DNA of 20,000 bases from an uncultured virus (IMG/VR IMGVR_UViG_3300025132_000024) (IMGVR_UViG_3300025132_000024); one strand, 5' to 3'; positions 10,401 through 18,168 are shown, counted from the first letter of the stretch. Translations and numbers: made by a program. The notes: generated by a model not told the origin, from the letters alone.

Positions 10401-11016
10401 TGCTTCCCCATTAAATAATGCAGCTGTTAGTTGTTATAATGGCGAACATTTATTAAATCAATATCTTAGATGTTCCACACCAACAGCTTATTATTTAAAT
10501 CATGTAAACGGTCAAGTGACAGTTACAGGAACAGCTCAACCAGAAGGACAATATAAAAGATTAATGGATGTTCAAAGTGGAAAATTTGTATGGCGTGGTA
10601 CTTCATTTAATCAATCTACTAGAGCTGAATCCAGTAAAATAGAAGGTACAGGTACAGTTATAATAGATTCTCCTCTTTTTCATTATGGAGCAACTTACCC
10701 ACAGAATGAATATGCCTTTCATTTAAATAGTGCAGATGCAACTTTAGAAATAAATAATAAACTTGAATATAATCATGATAAAACAGGATCAGGTGTAATA
10801 AATATTAGTTCCGGGCGTTTAGTACTAGATGGAGCTCAAATAATACACGGAGGCGGTACCGGATCATTTGCATATGCAATTAAATTAAATAACGCAGCAC
10901 ATTCTGGATCTATATTTAATAACAGCTTTACAAATTTAACACCATTTGGACCAGGATCATTTACTAACGAAATAGTAGGAGGCGGTACATTGTTTGAGTC
11001 GCACAAATTATATTAG
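7489..11016 (+). CDS. Tail fibre/tailspike with a predicted C-terminal right-handed beta-helix (pectin-lyase-like) domain (1175 aa)
   Basis: AGGA 8 nt upstream of ATG. N-terminus MPNWKKVVVSGS. ISGS shaft modules and a DNSKIKLGTGGDLEIYHDGSNSYI module of the kind seen in marine phage fibres. From about 9610, LFVSPSGDNS...KPFATILAATASANIGDTIIVYPGTY matches the usual N-cap of parallel beta-helix proteins. Confidence 0.8.
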   Translation: MPNWKKVVVSGSNAAFKSVFVTNHVTASGAVSSSNSLFFSSSLSSDTSFKTLVYDTSTGKIFHTGSYAGGGGASSSPFTAAGISGSFTEASESFSTRVTTLETSPAAGFPFAGDAVITGSLLISASNNTSSSLIVQGSGSTIFEVQGSQGQLFSITDDLIHSVLEVSDISGDTLFKVSGSGLVEIPVGDLTASSTSTASFGKFIGDGSELTNLPSSFTAAGISGSLGDNAALIRSLTATSISGSLGDNAALIRSLTATGISGSFAETSASLSSRVTDNAANLKAITSSLTTAGRMVFVGAGGTLTSEDGFTYNATTNQLAVENLIVTHLTSSFVTASRITTSGSNIFGDDTTDTQTLIGTTKITGSAQVTGSTSILGALDVIGSITASNEILIGSELNIGQSPYNGQYKGRLNIFDSNSKPTFELKPNLNTVQNTANMTMYAGLNNPQVFLVAGSARLNYIGGGLSIGNSNTMNRTNTNTTGDAKLYVAGNAQISGSVNISGSGGLSVESSGSTVFEVIGSEGTLFTVTDSLEGSIFAAKDKTGIPILEVFANTGSTDVVEVNQSNLLVDTGDVIVDTGNIKLSGSLNVTGSHINVADNSKIKLGTGGDLEIYHDGSNSYIDEVGTGTLFYRGGTQTFQNAAGTKTMLTLNAASSVDLRFNNSTKLSTTNTGIEVTGTISGSIISGSHVGDGSQLTGISAGTNFTQSLFVSPSGDNSTAVVGDMSKPFATILAATASANIGDTIIVYPGTYEPTSQIIKDHVNYYFQPGATVTGSIALMEGTFDNINVRGYGTFDVCGNTTGINVTANGHIEVDKFVIRGITTTNRQRMIFNGSGSGLLELKGTGIAEGLGARGSELFQFGTGDVMADIQAFDNTVAGDRCIDVTGAGTKTINAYAVSKMGDAVYISTANYPEAINLTGHFETQNQANKYGAYLYTGNGADIKIDAHIVGAIYSLNSNNHLTQIHGSQVCSASPLNNAAVSCYNGEHLLNQYLRCSTPTAYYLNHVNGQVTVTGTAQPEGQYKRLMDVQSGKFVWRGTSFNQSTRAESSKIEGTGTVIIDSPLFHYGATYPQNEYAFHLNSADATLEINNKLEYNHDKTGSGVINISSGRLVLDGAQIIHGGGTGSFAYAIKLNNAAHSGSIFNNSFTNLTPFGPGSFTNEIVGGGTLFESHKLY
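7720..8604 (+). repeat. 885-bp (295-codon) segment duplicated at 12153..13037, copy 1
   Basis: Colinear with no indels at offset 4433. About 33 aa differences in 295 by manual count. Contains an internal 57-bp tandem unit (ISGSLGDNAALIRSLTAT; TTAGGAGATAATGC at 8164 and 8221). Confidence 0.95.
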
Positions 11017-11017
11017 G

Positions 11018-11026
11018 ATATTTATA
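11018..11026 (+). promoter_or_regulatory. Putative promoter motif ATATTTATA
   Basis: Fills most of the 14-nt gap between TAG 11016 and ATG 11031. Confidence 0.45.
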
Positions 11027-11030
11027 AGAA

Positions 11031-13886
11031 ATGGCATTTACATCATCATATACACCGGGATTAATTCAGCAGTCAGAATATTTTTATGGCACTCCATTAA
11101 TACAACCAAATTTATCTGGATCATTCTCAGGTTCATTTGCTGGTGATGGTACTAACTTAAATTTAGCTAGTAATTCAACCATACCGGCATCAGATCCATT
11201 TCCATTCACAGGAGATGCTCAAATATCTGGATCATTAAAAATATCTGGATCTATAGAAATAGATTCTTTCGGTGATAATAATATAATTATAGGTTCTGGA
11301 TCAGGAGAAGTATTATCATCTGGAGCAAATAATATAATATTCGGTAATAATGCAGCAACTAGTTTATCTACAGGAGGTAGCAATTTAATAATAGGTCATA
11401 GAGCTGGAAAAAGTACAGCATTAAATCAAGAAAGTGGAAATACTCTTATAGGTATAGGTGCAGGCGAAGATGGAACTTATGATGCAAATTATGGAGATAA
11501 TACATTTATAGGATATAATGCCGGCAAAGGATCTAAAGCAATGTTTAGTACATTTGCAGGATCTGGAGTAGGACAAGGAACTACTAGTTTTAGTGTTGCC
11601 ATGGGAGCCAATGGAACTTTATCTTGTGCAGCTGCAGCATCTGTAGCAATAGGATATACATCTCAATTGAATGGTACCAATAATTACAATGTAAGTATAG
11701 GTGCATCAGCTATGCGATCAGGTAATGGAGGGTCTGTAAACGAATATAATGTTGCAATAGGATATCAAGCTCAATACACAAGTTATAGGAATTACAATAC
11801 TATATCAATTGGAGCTAACGCTTTATATGGAGCAAGTTATGTTAAAGAAGATATTTTTATAGGTTATGAAGCTGGTTATGATTATAGTGGAACAAATCTT
11901 GTATCAGGACGTAATACTGTTATAGGATATCGAGCAGGATATGATTTAGGAAATACAAGTGCTCATAATATTTTAATTGGACAAGGCGTAGGAGCAGAAA
12001 ATGTTGTTTTAAATAATCAATTAAAAATAGGTAGTGGCAGTTTAATTACAATATCAGGTTCATTAACAACTGGAGATATAATATTTCCTAGTACGGCATC
12101 AGCTGAATATTTTGTTGGAGATGGATCGCAATTAACTAATTTACCATCATCATTTACCGCTGCTGGTATCTCAGGGTCATTTACAGAAGCAAGTGGTGGA
12201 TTCAGCACAAGAGTAACAACATTGGAAACAAGTCCAGCCGCAGGCTTTCCATTTGCGGGAGATGCAGTAATTACCGGATCGCTTTTAATATCTGCTTCCA
12301 ATAACACATCATCATCTCTAGTAGTACAGGGATCGGGATCTACCATATTCGAGGTACAGGGATCACAAGGACAATTGTTTTCTATAACAGATGATTTAAT
12401 TCATTCTGTATTAGAAGTATCGGATATATCAGGGGATACTTTATTCAAAGTGTCTGGGTCTGGATTAATTACCATACCAGTAGGAGATCTAACGGGTAGT
12501 GCAGGTGCAACAGCCTCATACGGTGCCTTTAAAGGTGATGGATCGCAATTAACTAATCTTCCATCATCATTTACTGCCGCAGGTATATCTGGGTCGTTAG
12601 GAAACAATGCAGCATTAATAAGAAGTTTAACTGCAGTAGGTATATCTGGATCATTAGGTAATAACGCAACATTAATAAGAAGTTTAACAGCAGTTGGTAT
12701 ATCAGGTTCATTTACAGAAGCCAGCGCAAGCTTAAGTTCTAGAATAACTGATAATGCAACAAACCTAAAAGCAATAACTTCTTCATTAACAACAGCAGGC
12801 AGAATGGTGTTTGTGGGTGCAGGTGGTACATTAACTTCTGAGGAAGGATTTACTTATAATTCAACTACCAATCAATTGGCTGTTGAAAACTTAATTGTTA
12901 CTCATTTAACTTCTTCATTTGTAACAGCATCTCGTGTAACAACATCTGGTTCTAATATATTTGGTGATTCAACTTCTGATACTCAAACATTGATAGGCAC
13001 TACATTAATGAGCGGTAGTGCTCAAATATCTGGATCATTAAAGTTCGGAGGCAATGTATCAGAATTATTATATACTGGAGGAAAACCGGCTGTTATAGAT
13101 ACATCCGCAGTTGGAGGAATAAAAGCCAAAGGAGCAATTTTATTAAATGCGTCCGCTGATTCAACATATAATAGTAGAATATTATTTGGCACATCTCATG
13201 CAGGTATGGCATTTGGAAGATTGCAAGATAGTAGTGCAGGTATTAGAGGTGTTACTCAAAATTATGCATGGCAATTATTTGGTATTAGACATGGATATAA
13301 TAATCCTGGATCTGGATTTCATTATACAACAAACTTACCAGATACAACGTTTGCAGATAATTTAACAATATCTGGATCCGGAACTTATATGTCTGAACCA
13401 TTAAAAGTACATGGATCTGGTTCAAAAGTATTTGAAGTTATAGGAACTGAGGGTACATTATTTTCTATAGATGATGATTTGGACGGTACATTATTTAATG
13501 TCAAAGATAAAACAGGTATTCCAATATTTGAAGTATCAGCATCATCAGATGTATTTATAGGAAATTCTCCAACATCATTATATAGAACAGCACAAATTGC
13601 TTCAACTACAGCAAATGTAACTCAATCAATACATAGTTTAAGTACATCATCATATGACGGGGCATTCATAGAATATACAGCTGTATCTGCTTCTAATGCA
13701 AGAGCCGGTAACATAATGACAATATGGGACGGAAGTAATGTGACATTCACAGAAACAACCACAACAGATATAGGCGATACATCAGATTTATTATTTCAAG
13801 TTGCATTAACACAAAGTGTAGCACAAATTCAATCTTATACAACATCAACAGGTTATAGATTAAAAACAATTATAAAGGCTATTTAA
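11031..13886 (+). CDS. Tail-fibre/adhesin-like protein with YadA-head-like N-x-x-IG repeats (951 aa)
   Basis: About 11277-12033 encodes repeated NTLIGIGAG / NTFIGYNAG / NVAIGYQA / NTVIGYRAG units resembling trimeric autotransporter head (Hep_Hag-like) repeats. Then the duplicated 295-aa shaft and a compact C-terminal beta domain (YDGAFIEYT...WDGSNVTFTETTTTDIGDT...KTIIKAI). Confidence 0.78.
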   Translation: MAFTSSYTPGLIQQSEYFYGTPLIQPNLSGSFSGSFAGDGTNLNLASNSTIPASDPFPFTGDAQISGSLKISGSIEIDSFGDNNIIIGSGSGEVLSSGANNIIFGNNAATSLSTGGSNLIIGHRAGKSTALNQESGNTLIGIGAGEDGTYDANYGDNTFIGYNAGKGSKAMFSTFAGSGVGQGTTSFSVAMGANGTLSCAAAASVAIGYTSQLNGTNNYNVSIGASAMRSGNGGSVNEYNVAIGYQAQYTSYRNYNTISIGANALYGASYVKEDIFIGYEAGYDYSGTNLVSGRNTVIGYRAGYDLGNTSAHNILIGQGVGAENVVLNNQLKIGSGSLITISGSLTTGDIIFPSTASAEYFVGDGSQLTNLPSSFTAAGISGSFTEASGGFSTRVTTLETSPAAGFPFAGDAVITGSLLISASNNTSSSLVVQGSGSTIFEVQGSQGQLFSITDDLIHSVLEVSDISGDTLFKVSGSGLITIPVGDLTGSAGATASYGAFKGDGSQLTNLPSSFTAAGISGSLGNNAALIRSLTAVGISGSLGNNATLIRSLTAVGISGSFTEASASLSSRITDNATNLKAITSSLTTAGRMVFVGAGGTLTSEEGFTYNSTTNQLAVENLIVTHLTSSFVTASRVTTSGSNIFGDSTSDTQTLIGTTLMSGSAQISGSLKFGGNVSELLYTGGKPAVIDTSAVGGIKAKGAILLNASADSTYNSRILFGTSHAGMAFGRLQDSSAGIRGVTQNYAWQLFGIRHGYNNPGSGFHYTTNLPDTTFADNLTISGSGTYMSEPLKVHGSGSKVFEVIGTEGTLFSIDDDLDGTLFNVKDKTGIPIFEVSASSDVFIGNSPTSLYRTAQIASTTANVTQSIHSLSTSSYDGAFIEYTAVSASNARAGNIMTIWDGSNVTFTETTTTDIGDTSDLLFQVALTQSVAQIQSYTTSTGYRLKTIIKAI
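12153..13037 (+). repeat. 885-bp segment duplicated at 7720..8604, copy 2
   Basis: FTAAGISGSFTEAS...GSAQISGS aligns codon for codon with copy 1. Confidence 0.95.
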
Positions 13887-14603
13887 ATGGGTGTTAGCAG
13901 AGGTAACATAACAACAAGAATCGTTAAAGATGGGCTAATATTCAACATGGATCCAGCTAATAGAGCAAGTTATCCCCGAACTGGAACTACGGTTACAGAT
14001 ACTATAGGAAATATTACAGCTACTTTAACTGGTACAGGCGGATCTAACAATACACCTCAATGGGAAAATACAAATAGTGGGATTTTTGATTTAGATGGAA
14101 CAGATGATTATATAAATTCAAATCCTAGTACTAGTGGTTTAACAAATATATCTATTAGTTGTTGGACAAAATTTGAAAATATAAATAATAGTGATTTTCA
14201 ATATGTTGTTCATCTTTATAATACGGTTCAATCAAATTCTTGGAGAATAGGAGTAGCTATGATAAAAAGTAATTATTCTACATCTTCTGATAGATTTAAA
14301 TTATATACTATAGATGGACCTAGCTTAAATATATCAAGTTTTGTTGTATCACAGGATGTTTGGTATAATGTCGTTGTCACTCAATCAGGTACTATAAGAA
14401 AATTATATGTAGATGGGGTTTTAATAAGTACATTTACAGTTCCAGTTTTAAATTTAGGTAATATTTTTGATATTGGTAGGTTTCAAAATGATAATCATTA
14501 TCTTCCAGGAAAAATATCACTTACAAACATCTACAACCGCGCCTTATCAGCAAAAGAAGTATTACATAACTACGACGGATTACGAGGGAGGTTTGGTTTA
14601 TAA
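13887..14603 (+). CDS. LamG / concanavalin-A-like lectin domain protein, copy A (238 aa)
   Basis: DGLIFNMDPANRASYP, FDLDGTDDYI, ISISCWTK, WYNVVVT, KLYVDGV, IYNRALSAKEVLHNY: hallmark Laminin_G_3-type motifs. Confidence 0.88.
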   Translation: MGVSRGNITTRIVKDGLIFNMDPANRASYPRTGTTVTDTIGNITATLTGTGGSNNTPQWENTNSGIFDLDGTDDYINSNPSTSGLTNISISCWTKFENINNSDFQYVVHLYNTVQSNSWRIGVAMIKSNYSTSSDRFKLYTIDGPSLNISSFVVSQDVWYNVVVTQSGTIRKLYVDGVLISTFTVPVLNLGNIFDIGRFQNDNHYLPGKISLTNIYNRALSAKEVLHNYDGLRGRFGL

Positions 14604-15337
14604 TGGATTTCGGAAATATAACAACACGTATAATTAAAGACGGATTAATATTTAATATGGATCCAGCTAATAGAGCAAGTTATTCTAGAAGTGGGACTTC
14701 TGTTGTTGATACTTTAAATAGTTCAACTGGATCTTTAACAAATGGAGCATCTTTTCAATCTACATTACCTTTAAGTTTTGATTTTGATGGAGCTGATGAT
14801 GAATTAATTTTTTCAAATAATACTGCTATTAATAATTTAGGTACTTTAACTACAGATTTAACATTATCTATATGGTTTAGAAATGAAGGAGCATCTAATG
14901 TAGAACAGAGAATATTTGGTATGGCAACTAATCAAAGCTATACAGGAGGAAGATCAATTTCTGCAGTAATTTATCAAAATAATTTACAATCATATTATCG
15001 AGACAATAATGGATATAAATATAGAAATATTAGCTTTTCAGGTCAACAAAATCAATGGCTTAGTTATACAATTGTATTTCATTCAGGTGATGAAAATGCT
15101 ACTACTCAATACTTAAATAACGTAGCTTACCCCGGGATGACAGCAGGACAAGTAGGCGTAATATTCCCATCTTCATTTAATTTTGCAGATACTACAATAT
15201 ATCTAGGAAACAATTCTTCACATTCAACGCTAGCTTTAGATGGTCAAATTGGCTGTTTTCAAATGTATACAAGAGCTTTAAGTGATAATGAAAGAACACA
15301 CAACTACAATGCATTACGAGGAAGGTTTGGTTTATAA
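14603..15337 (+). CDS. LamG / ConA-like lectin domain protein, copy B (244 aa)
   Basis: TAATG overlap. DGLIFNMDPANRASY, FDFDGADD, TLSIWFR, YTRALSDNE..HNYNA. Confidence 0.87.
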   Translation: MDFGNITTRIIKDGLIFNMDPANRASYSRSGTSVVDTLNSSTGSLTNGASFQSTLPLSFDFDGADDELIFSNNTAINNLGTLTTDLTLSIWFRNEGASNVEQRIFGMATNQSYTGGRSISAVIYQNNLQSYYRDNNGYKYRNISFSGQQNQWLSYTIVFHSGDENATTQYLNNVAYPGMTAGQVGVIFPSSFNFADTTIYLGNNSSHSTLALDGQIGCFQMYTRALSDNERTHNYNALRGRFGL

Positions 15338-16014
15338 TGGGATTGGCACACGGAACAAATATAGTAAAAGATGGATTAGTATTTCAAATAGATGCTGCAA
15401 ATCCAAGATCTTATCCAGGAACAGGTACTACTGTAACGGATTTGAAGGGGTTAAGAAATGGCACTCTTAATGGAAATACTTTTCAAACTAATAATGGTGG
15501 AGTAATAGATTTTGATGGAATTGATGATAATATAACTTTTGGTACACCTCAATCAGGGGATATAATGGCATCAACAAATTCATTTACTAATTCTATATGG
15601 CTTAAAAGAACAGGTGATACTATATATTCTAATGTTATGGTAATATGGCAACAAAGAAGAAGTAATTTAGGTTATGGATATAATGGTGTTGCAGGAACTA
15701 CAACAAATAAAGCTTATTCATATGTAGGGACAAGTGCTTTAAATGGCAATGATGTAATAGCTCAAAATGTTTGGCATAATTTTGTTTTTACAATAAATGG
15801 ATCAAATGCAGCTAAGTTATATATAGATGGAGAATTAGAAAATTCAGGAACTAGAAGTGCAGAAAGTAATGTGGGACATTTATTTTATATAGGAAGATCT
15901 ATTAGTGGTAATTATGCAAACATGGAAGTAGCATGTGCCTCATATTATAACCGTGCTTTATCAGAAGGGGAAGTTAAACAAAATTATAATGCAATGAAAG
16001 CGAGATTTCAATAA
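15337..16014 (+). CDS. LamG / ConA-like lectin domain protein, copy C (225 aa)
   Basis: TAATG overlap. DGLVFQIDAANPRSYPG, DFDGIDD, FTNSIWLK, WHNFVFT, KLYIDGE, YNRALSEGEVKQNY. Confidence 0.88.
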   Translation: MGLAHGTNIVKDGLVFQIDAANPRSYPGTGTTVTDLKGLRNGTLNGNTFQTNNGGVIDFDGIDDNITFGTPQSGDIMASTNSFTNSIWLKRTGDTIYSNVMVIWQQRRSNLGYGYNGVAGTTTNKAYSYVGTSALNGNDVIAQNVWHNFVFTINGSNAAKLYIDGELENSGTRSAESNVGHLFYIGRSISGNYANMEVACASYYNRALSEGEVKQNYNAMKARFQ

Positions 16015-16712
16015 TGGCAGGATCAGTAGGTAGCATAACAACAAATATAATTAAGGATGGGCTAGTATTCAACATGGATGCTGCAAATAGGGCAAGTTAT
16101 CCTAAAACAGGTATTAAAACTTTCAATACTATAGATACTGCAGATTCGGGTAGTTTAATTAATGATGTAGCATTTAATACAAATCCTTCCACATTCGAGT
16201 TTGGCTTAGATGGTGTTGATGATTATATAGATTTTGGTCCTGATATATGTACCTCTTTAGGAAATAGTGTAACAAAATTAACAACATCAATATGGTTTAA
16301 AGCAGATGCAGGTTCAAATGATGGGATATTTGCAGCAAGGCCACCTAGTACAAATATTAGTTTAATAGGATTAAGTCTTAATAGTAGTTTAATATTTATT
16401 TGGTGTAACGGTACAAATCATTATAAATCTAAATCATTTACTGATTTTTCAAATTGGTATAATGCTACAATTGTATTTGAAGGAGGAAGTTCATTTGATT
16501 TATATTTAAATGGTGTATTACAATCTATGTCAGAAAATGGTAGCCAACAAAGTTCTATAGATTTAAGTACTAGTAATTTATATTTAGGTTTATATTTTAA
16601 TACAAGTTTTACATTTGATGGTAATATGGGACCTTTTCACATCTACAACCGCGCCTTATCAGCAAACGAAGTGTTACACAACTACAACGCATTAAAAGGA
16701 AGATTCGAATAA
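16014..16712 (+). CDS. LamG / ConA-like lectin domain protein, copy D (232 aa)
   Basis: TAATG overlap. DGLVFNMDAANRASYP, LDGVDDYIDFG, TSIWFK, WYNATIV, LYLNGV, IYNRALSANEVLHNY. Confidence 0.88.
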   Translation: MAGSVGSITTNIIKDGLVFNMDAANRASYPKTGIKTFNTIDTADSGSLINDVAFNTNPSTFEFGLDGVDDYIDFGPDICTSLGNSVTKLTTSIWFKADAGSNDGIFAARPPSTNISLIGLSLNSSLIFIWCNGTNHYKSKSFTDFSNWYNATIVFEGGSSFDLYLNGVLQSMSENGSQQSSIDLSTSNLYLGLYFNTSFTFDGNMGPFHIYNRALSANEVLHNYNALKGRFE

Positions 16713-17431
16713 TGGGAACAAGTTACTCTCCAAACATAGTAAAAGATGGATTGGTATTTCAAGTAGATGCTGCAAATCCAAGATCCTATCCTGGTAGTGG
16801 CACTACTACTAATGATTTAATAGGGCCAGCGGAAGGAACTTTAGCCGCAGGAGCAAGTTTTAATTCTATAAACTTAGGAGCATTTCAATTTGATGGAATA
16901 GATGATCAAATAAATTTTGGTTTTTCTACATCAACTAATATTGCTAATAACACAGATTTAACTATAGATGCATGGATACGATATACCAGTGATACCGGCG
17001 GAGAATCTCTATATCCCATGATTTTTACTAGAAGAAGAGCAATTCAAAATCAATCATCTCTAACTAATTATTATCTTTATTTACTCGACTCAACAACTTC
17101 TGGCGAAAGAACAATTAAATTTTTCTCATATTATACAGATGGTACTAATACTAGCGATCAACCTGTGAAAATTAACACTTGGACTCATATATCAGTAACT
17201 TGTAGATCCGGAATTAATAACGGAACCTTTATTTATAAAGATACAGAACAAGTAGCTAATTTTAGATCTGATATTCAAGGTGCATCTAATTGTACTACAA
17301 GAATAGGCGATTCTCCATTCTCAAGCAACAATTTTCCAGGTCAAATAGCTAATGTAAAATTATATAATCGTGCCTTATCAGCCGCAGAAGTCAAACAAAA
17401 TTATAATGCAACAAAAGCGAGGTTTAGATAA
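16712..17431 (+). CDS. LamG / ConA-like lectin domain protein, copy E (239 aa)
   Basis: TAATG overlap. DGLVFQVDAANPRSYPG, FDGIDDQI, TIDAWIR, WTHISVT, LYNRALSAAEVKQNY. Confidence 0.88.
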   Translation: MGTSYSPNIVKDGLVFQVDAANPRSYPGSGTTTNDLIGPAEGTLAAGASFNSINLGAFQFDGIDDQINFGFSTSTNIANNTDLTIDAWIRYTSDTGGESLYPMIFTRRRAIQNQSSLTNYYLYLLDSTTSGERTIKFFSYYTDGTNTSDQPVKINTWTHISVTCRSGINNGTFIYKDTEQVANFRSDIQGASNCTTRIGDSPFSSNNFPGQIANVKLYNRALSAAEVKQNYNATKARFR

Positions 17432-18123
17432 TGGGAGGACATGCAGCACCAAATATTGTTGAAGATGGGTTGGTATTTTATGTAGATGCTGCAAATTCAA
17501 GATCATATCCTGGGAGTGGAGCTACTGTTACAGATCTAAAGGGAAAAGAAACTGCTACATTACAAGATTCTGGCATGTTTGCTAATAACAATACAGGTGT
17601 ATTTACGTTTGATGGCGCGACTAATTATTATCAATTTGATCCACTTTCTATTAATATGTATTCAGTAAGTATTTGGTTTAATCCTTCTGTAGGATGGAAT
17701 AACACTACTTATAACAGTACTCCACTTAGTTTTGATGATTTTAAAGTTGCTGTTCATTTTGGTGATATTACCGGAAATTTTGATGCTTTATTATCCATAT
17801 GGACTAACGATAATCAAGCTAATTATTATGAAGGAGATGGTAAAACAATTGATGCTACTTGGAATCATGCAACTTTTAATTGGGAAACTAATAAATATCA
17901 AATATATTTAAATGGAGAATCTGTAACAACTAGTGCTCATTTAACTCCTAATTTAATAAACACATCATATATGGATTTTATTGGAGTAGGTAAATGGTTT
18001 AAACCTGGATCAGGTACTCCTTTTAATGGAGATATGGGGCCAATACAAATATATAACCGCACCTTATCAGCATCAGAAATCAAACAAAACTACAACGCCT
18101 TAAAAGGAAGATTTGGTTTATAA
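17431..18123 (+). CDS. LamG / ConA-like lectin domain protein, copy F (230 aa)
   Basis: TAATG overlap. DGLVFYVDAANSRSYPG, FTFDG, SVSIWFN, WNHATF, IYLNGE, IYNRTLSASEIKQNY. Confidence 0.88.
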   Translation: MGGHAAPNIVEDGLVFYVDAANSRSYPGSGATVTDLKGKETATLQDSGMFANNNTGVFTFDGATNYYQFDPLSINMYSVSIWFNPSVGWNNTTYNSTPLSFDDFKVAVHFGDITGNFDALLSIWTNDNQANYYEGDGKTIDATWNHATFNWETNKYQIYLNGESVTTSAHLTPNLINTSYMDFIGVGKWFKPGSGTPFNGDMGPIQIYNRTLSASEIKQNYNALKGRFGL

Positions 18124-18125
18124 TC

Positions 18126-18139
18126 ATATTTATATTAAA
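18126..18139 (+). promoter_or_regulatory. Putative promoter motif ATATTTATATTAAA
   Basis: Identical to 4936-4949; intergenic, 31 nt before ATG 18171. Confidence 0.55.
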
Positions 18140-18168
18140 GTACTTTTTGGATAGGGAAAAAAAGAACT
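18139..18168 (+). promoter_or_regulatory. Leader hairpin with purine-rich loop GGATAGGGAA
   Basis: AGT-A-CTTTTT (18139-18148) pairs with AAAAAG-A-ACT (18159-18168) and ends 2 nt before ATG 18171. The stem is AU-rich and weak. Confidence 0.35.

Noticed and set aside
4000..11016. Stop-codon reassignment (TAG at 4002, 4913, 11016)
   Set aside because: The standard code already gives near-complete coding density. The genes after 4002 and 11016 start in different frames, and TAG 4913 is followed at once by TAA.
13884..13889. In-frame TAA-ATG junction suggesting readthrough fusion of the fibre to LamG copy A, or a split gene
   Set aside because: Copy A has an N-terminus equivalent to its five stand-alone paralogues and TAA is rarely read through; simple translational coupling explains it.
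13147..15470. Alternative-frame + strand ORFs 13147..13365 and 15282..15470
   Set aside because: Short, fully overlapping longer genes in other frames, with no recognisable motifs.
13887..18123. Diversity-generating retroelement or invertase shufflon acting on the lectin array
   Set aside because: No reverse transcriptase, no non-coding template repeat, differences between copies not confined to adenines, no inverted cassettes or recombinase, and all six genes are intact with their own starts. A trans-acting element outside the window cannot be excluded.
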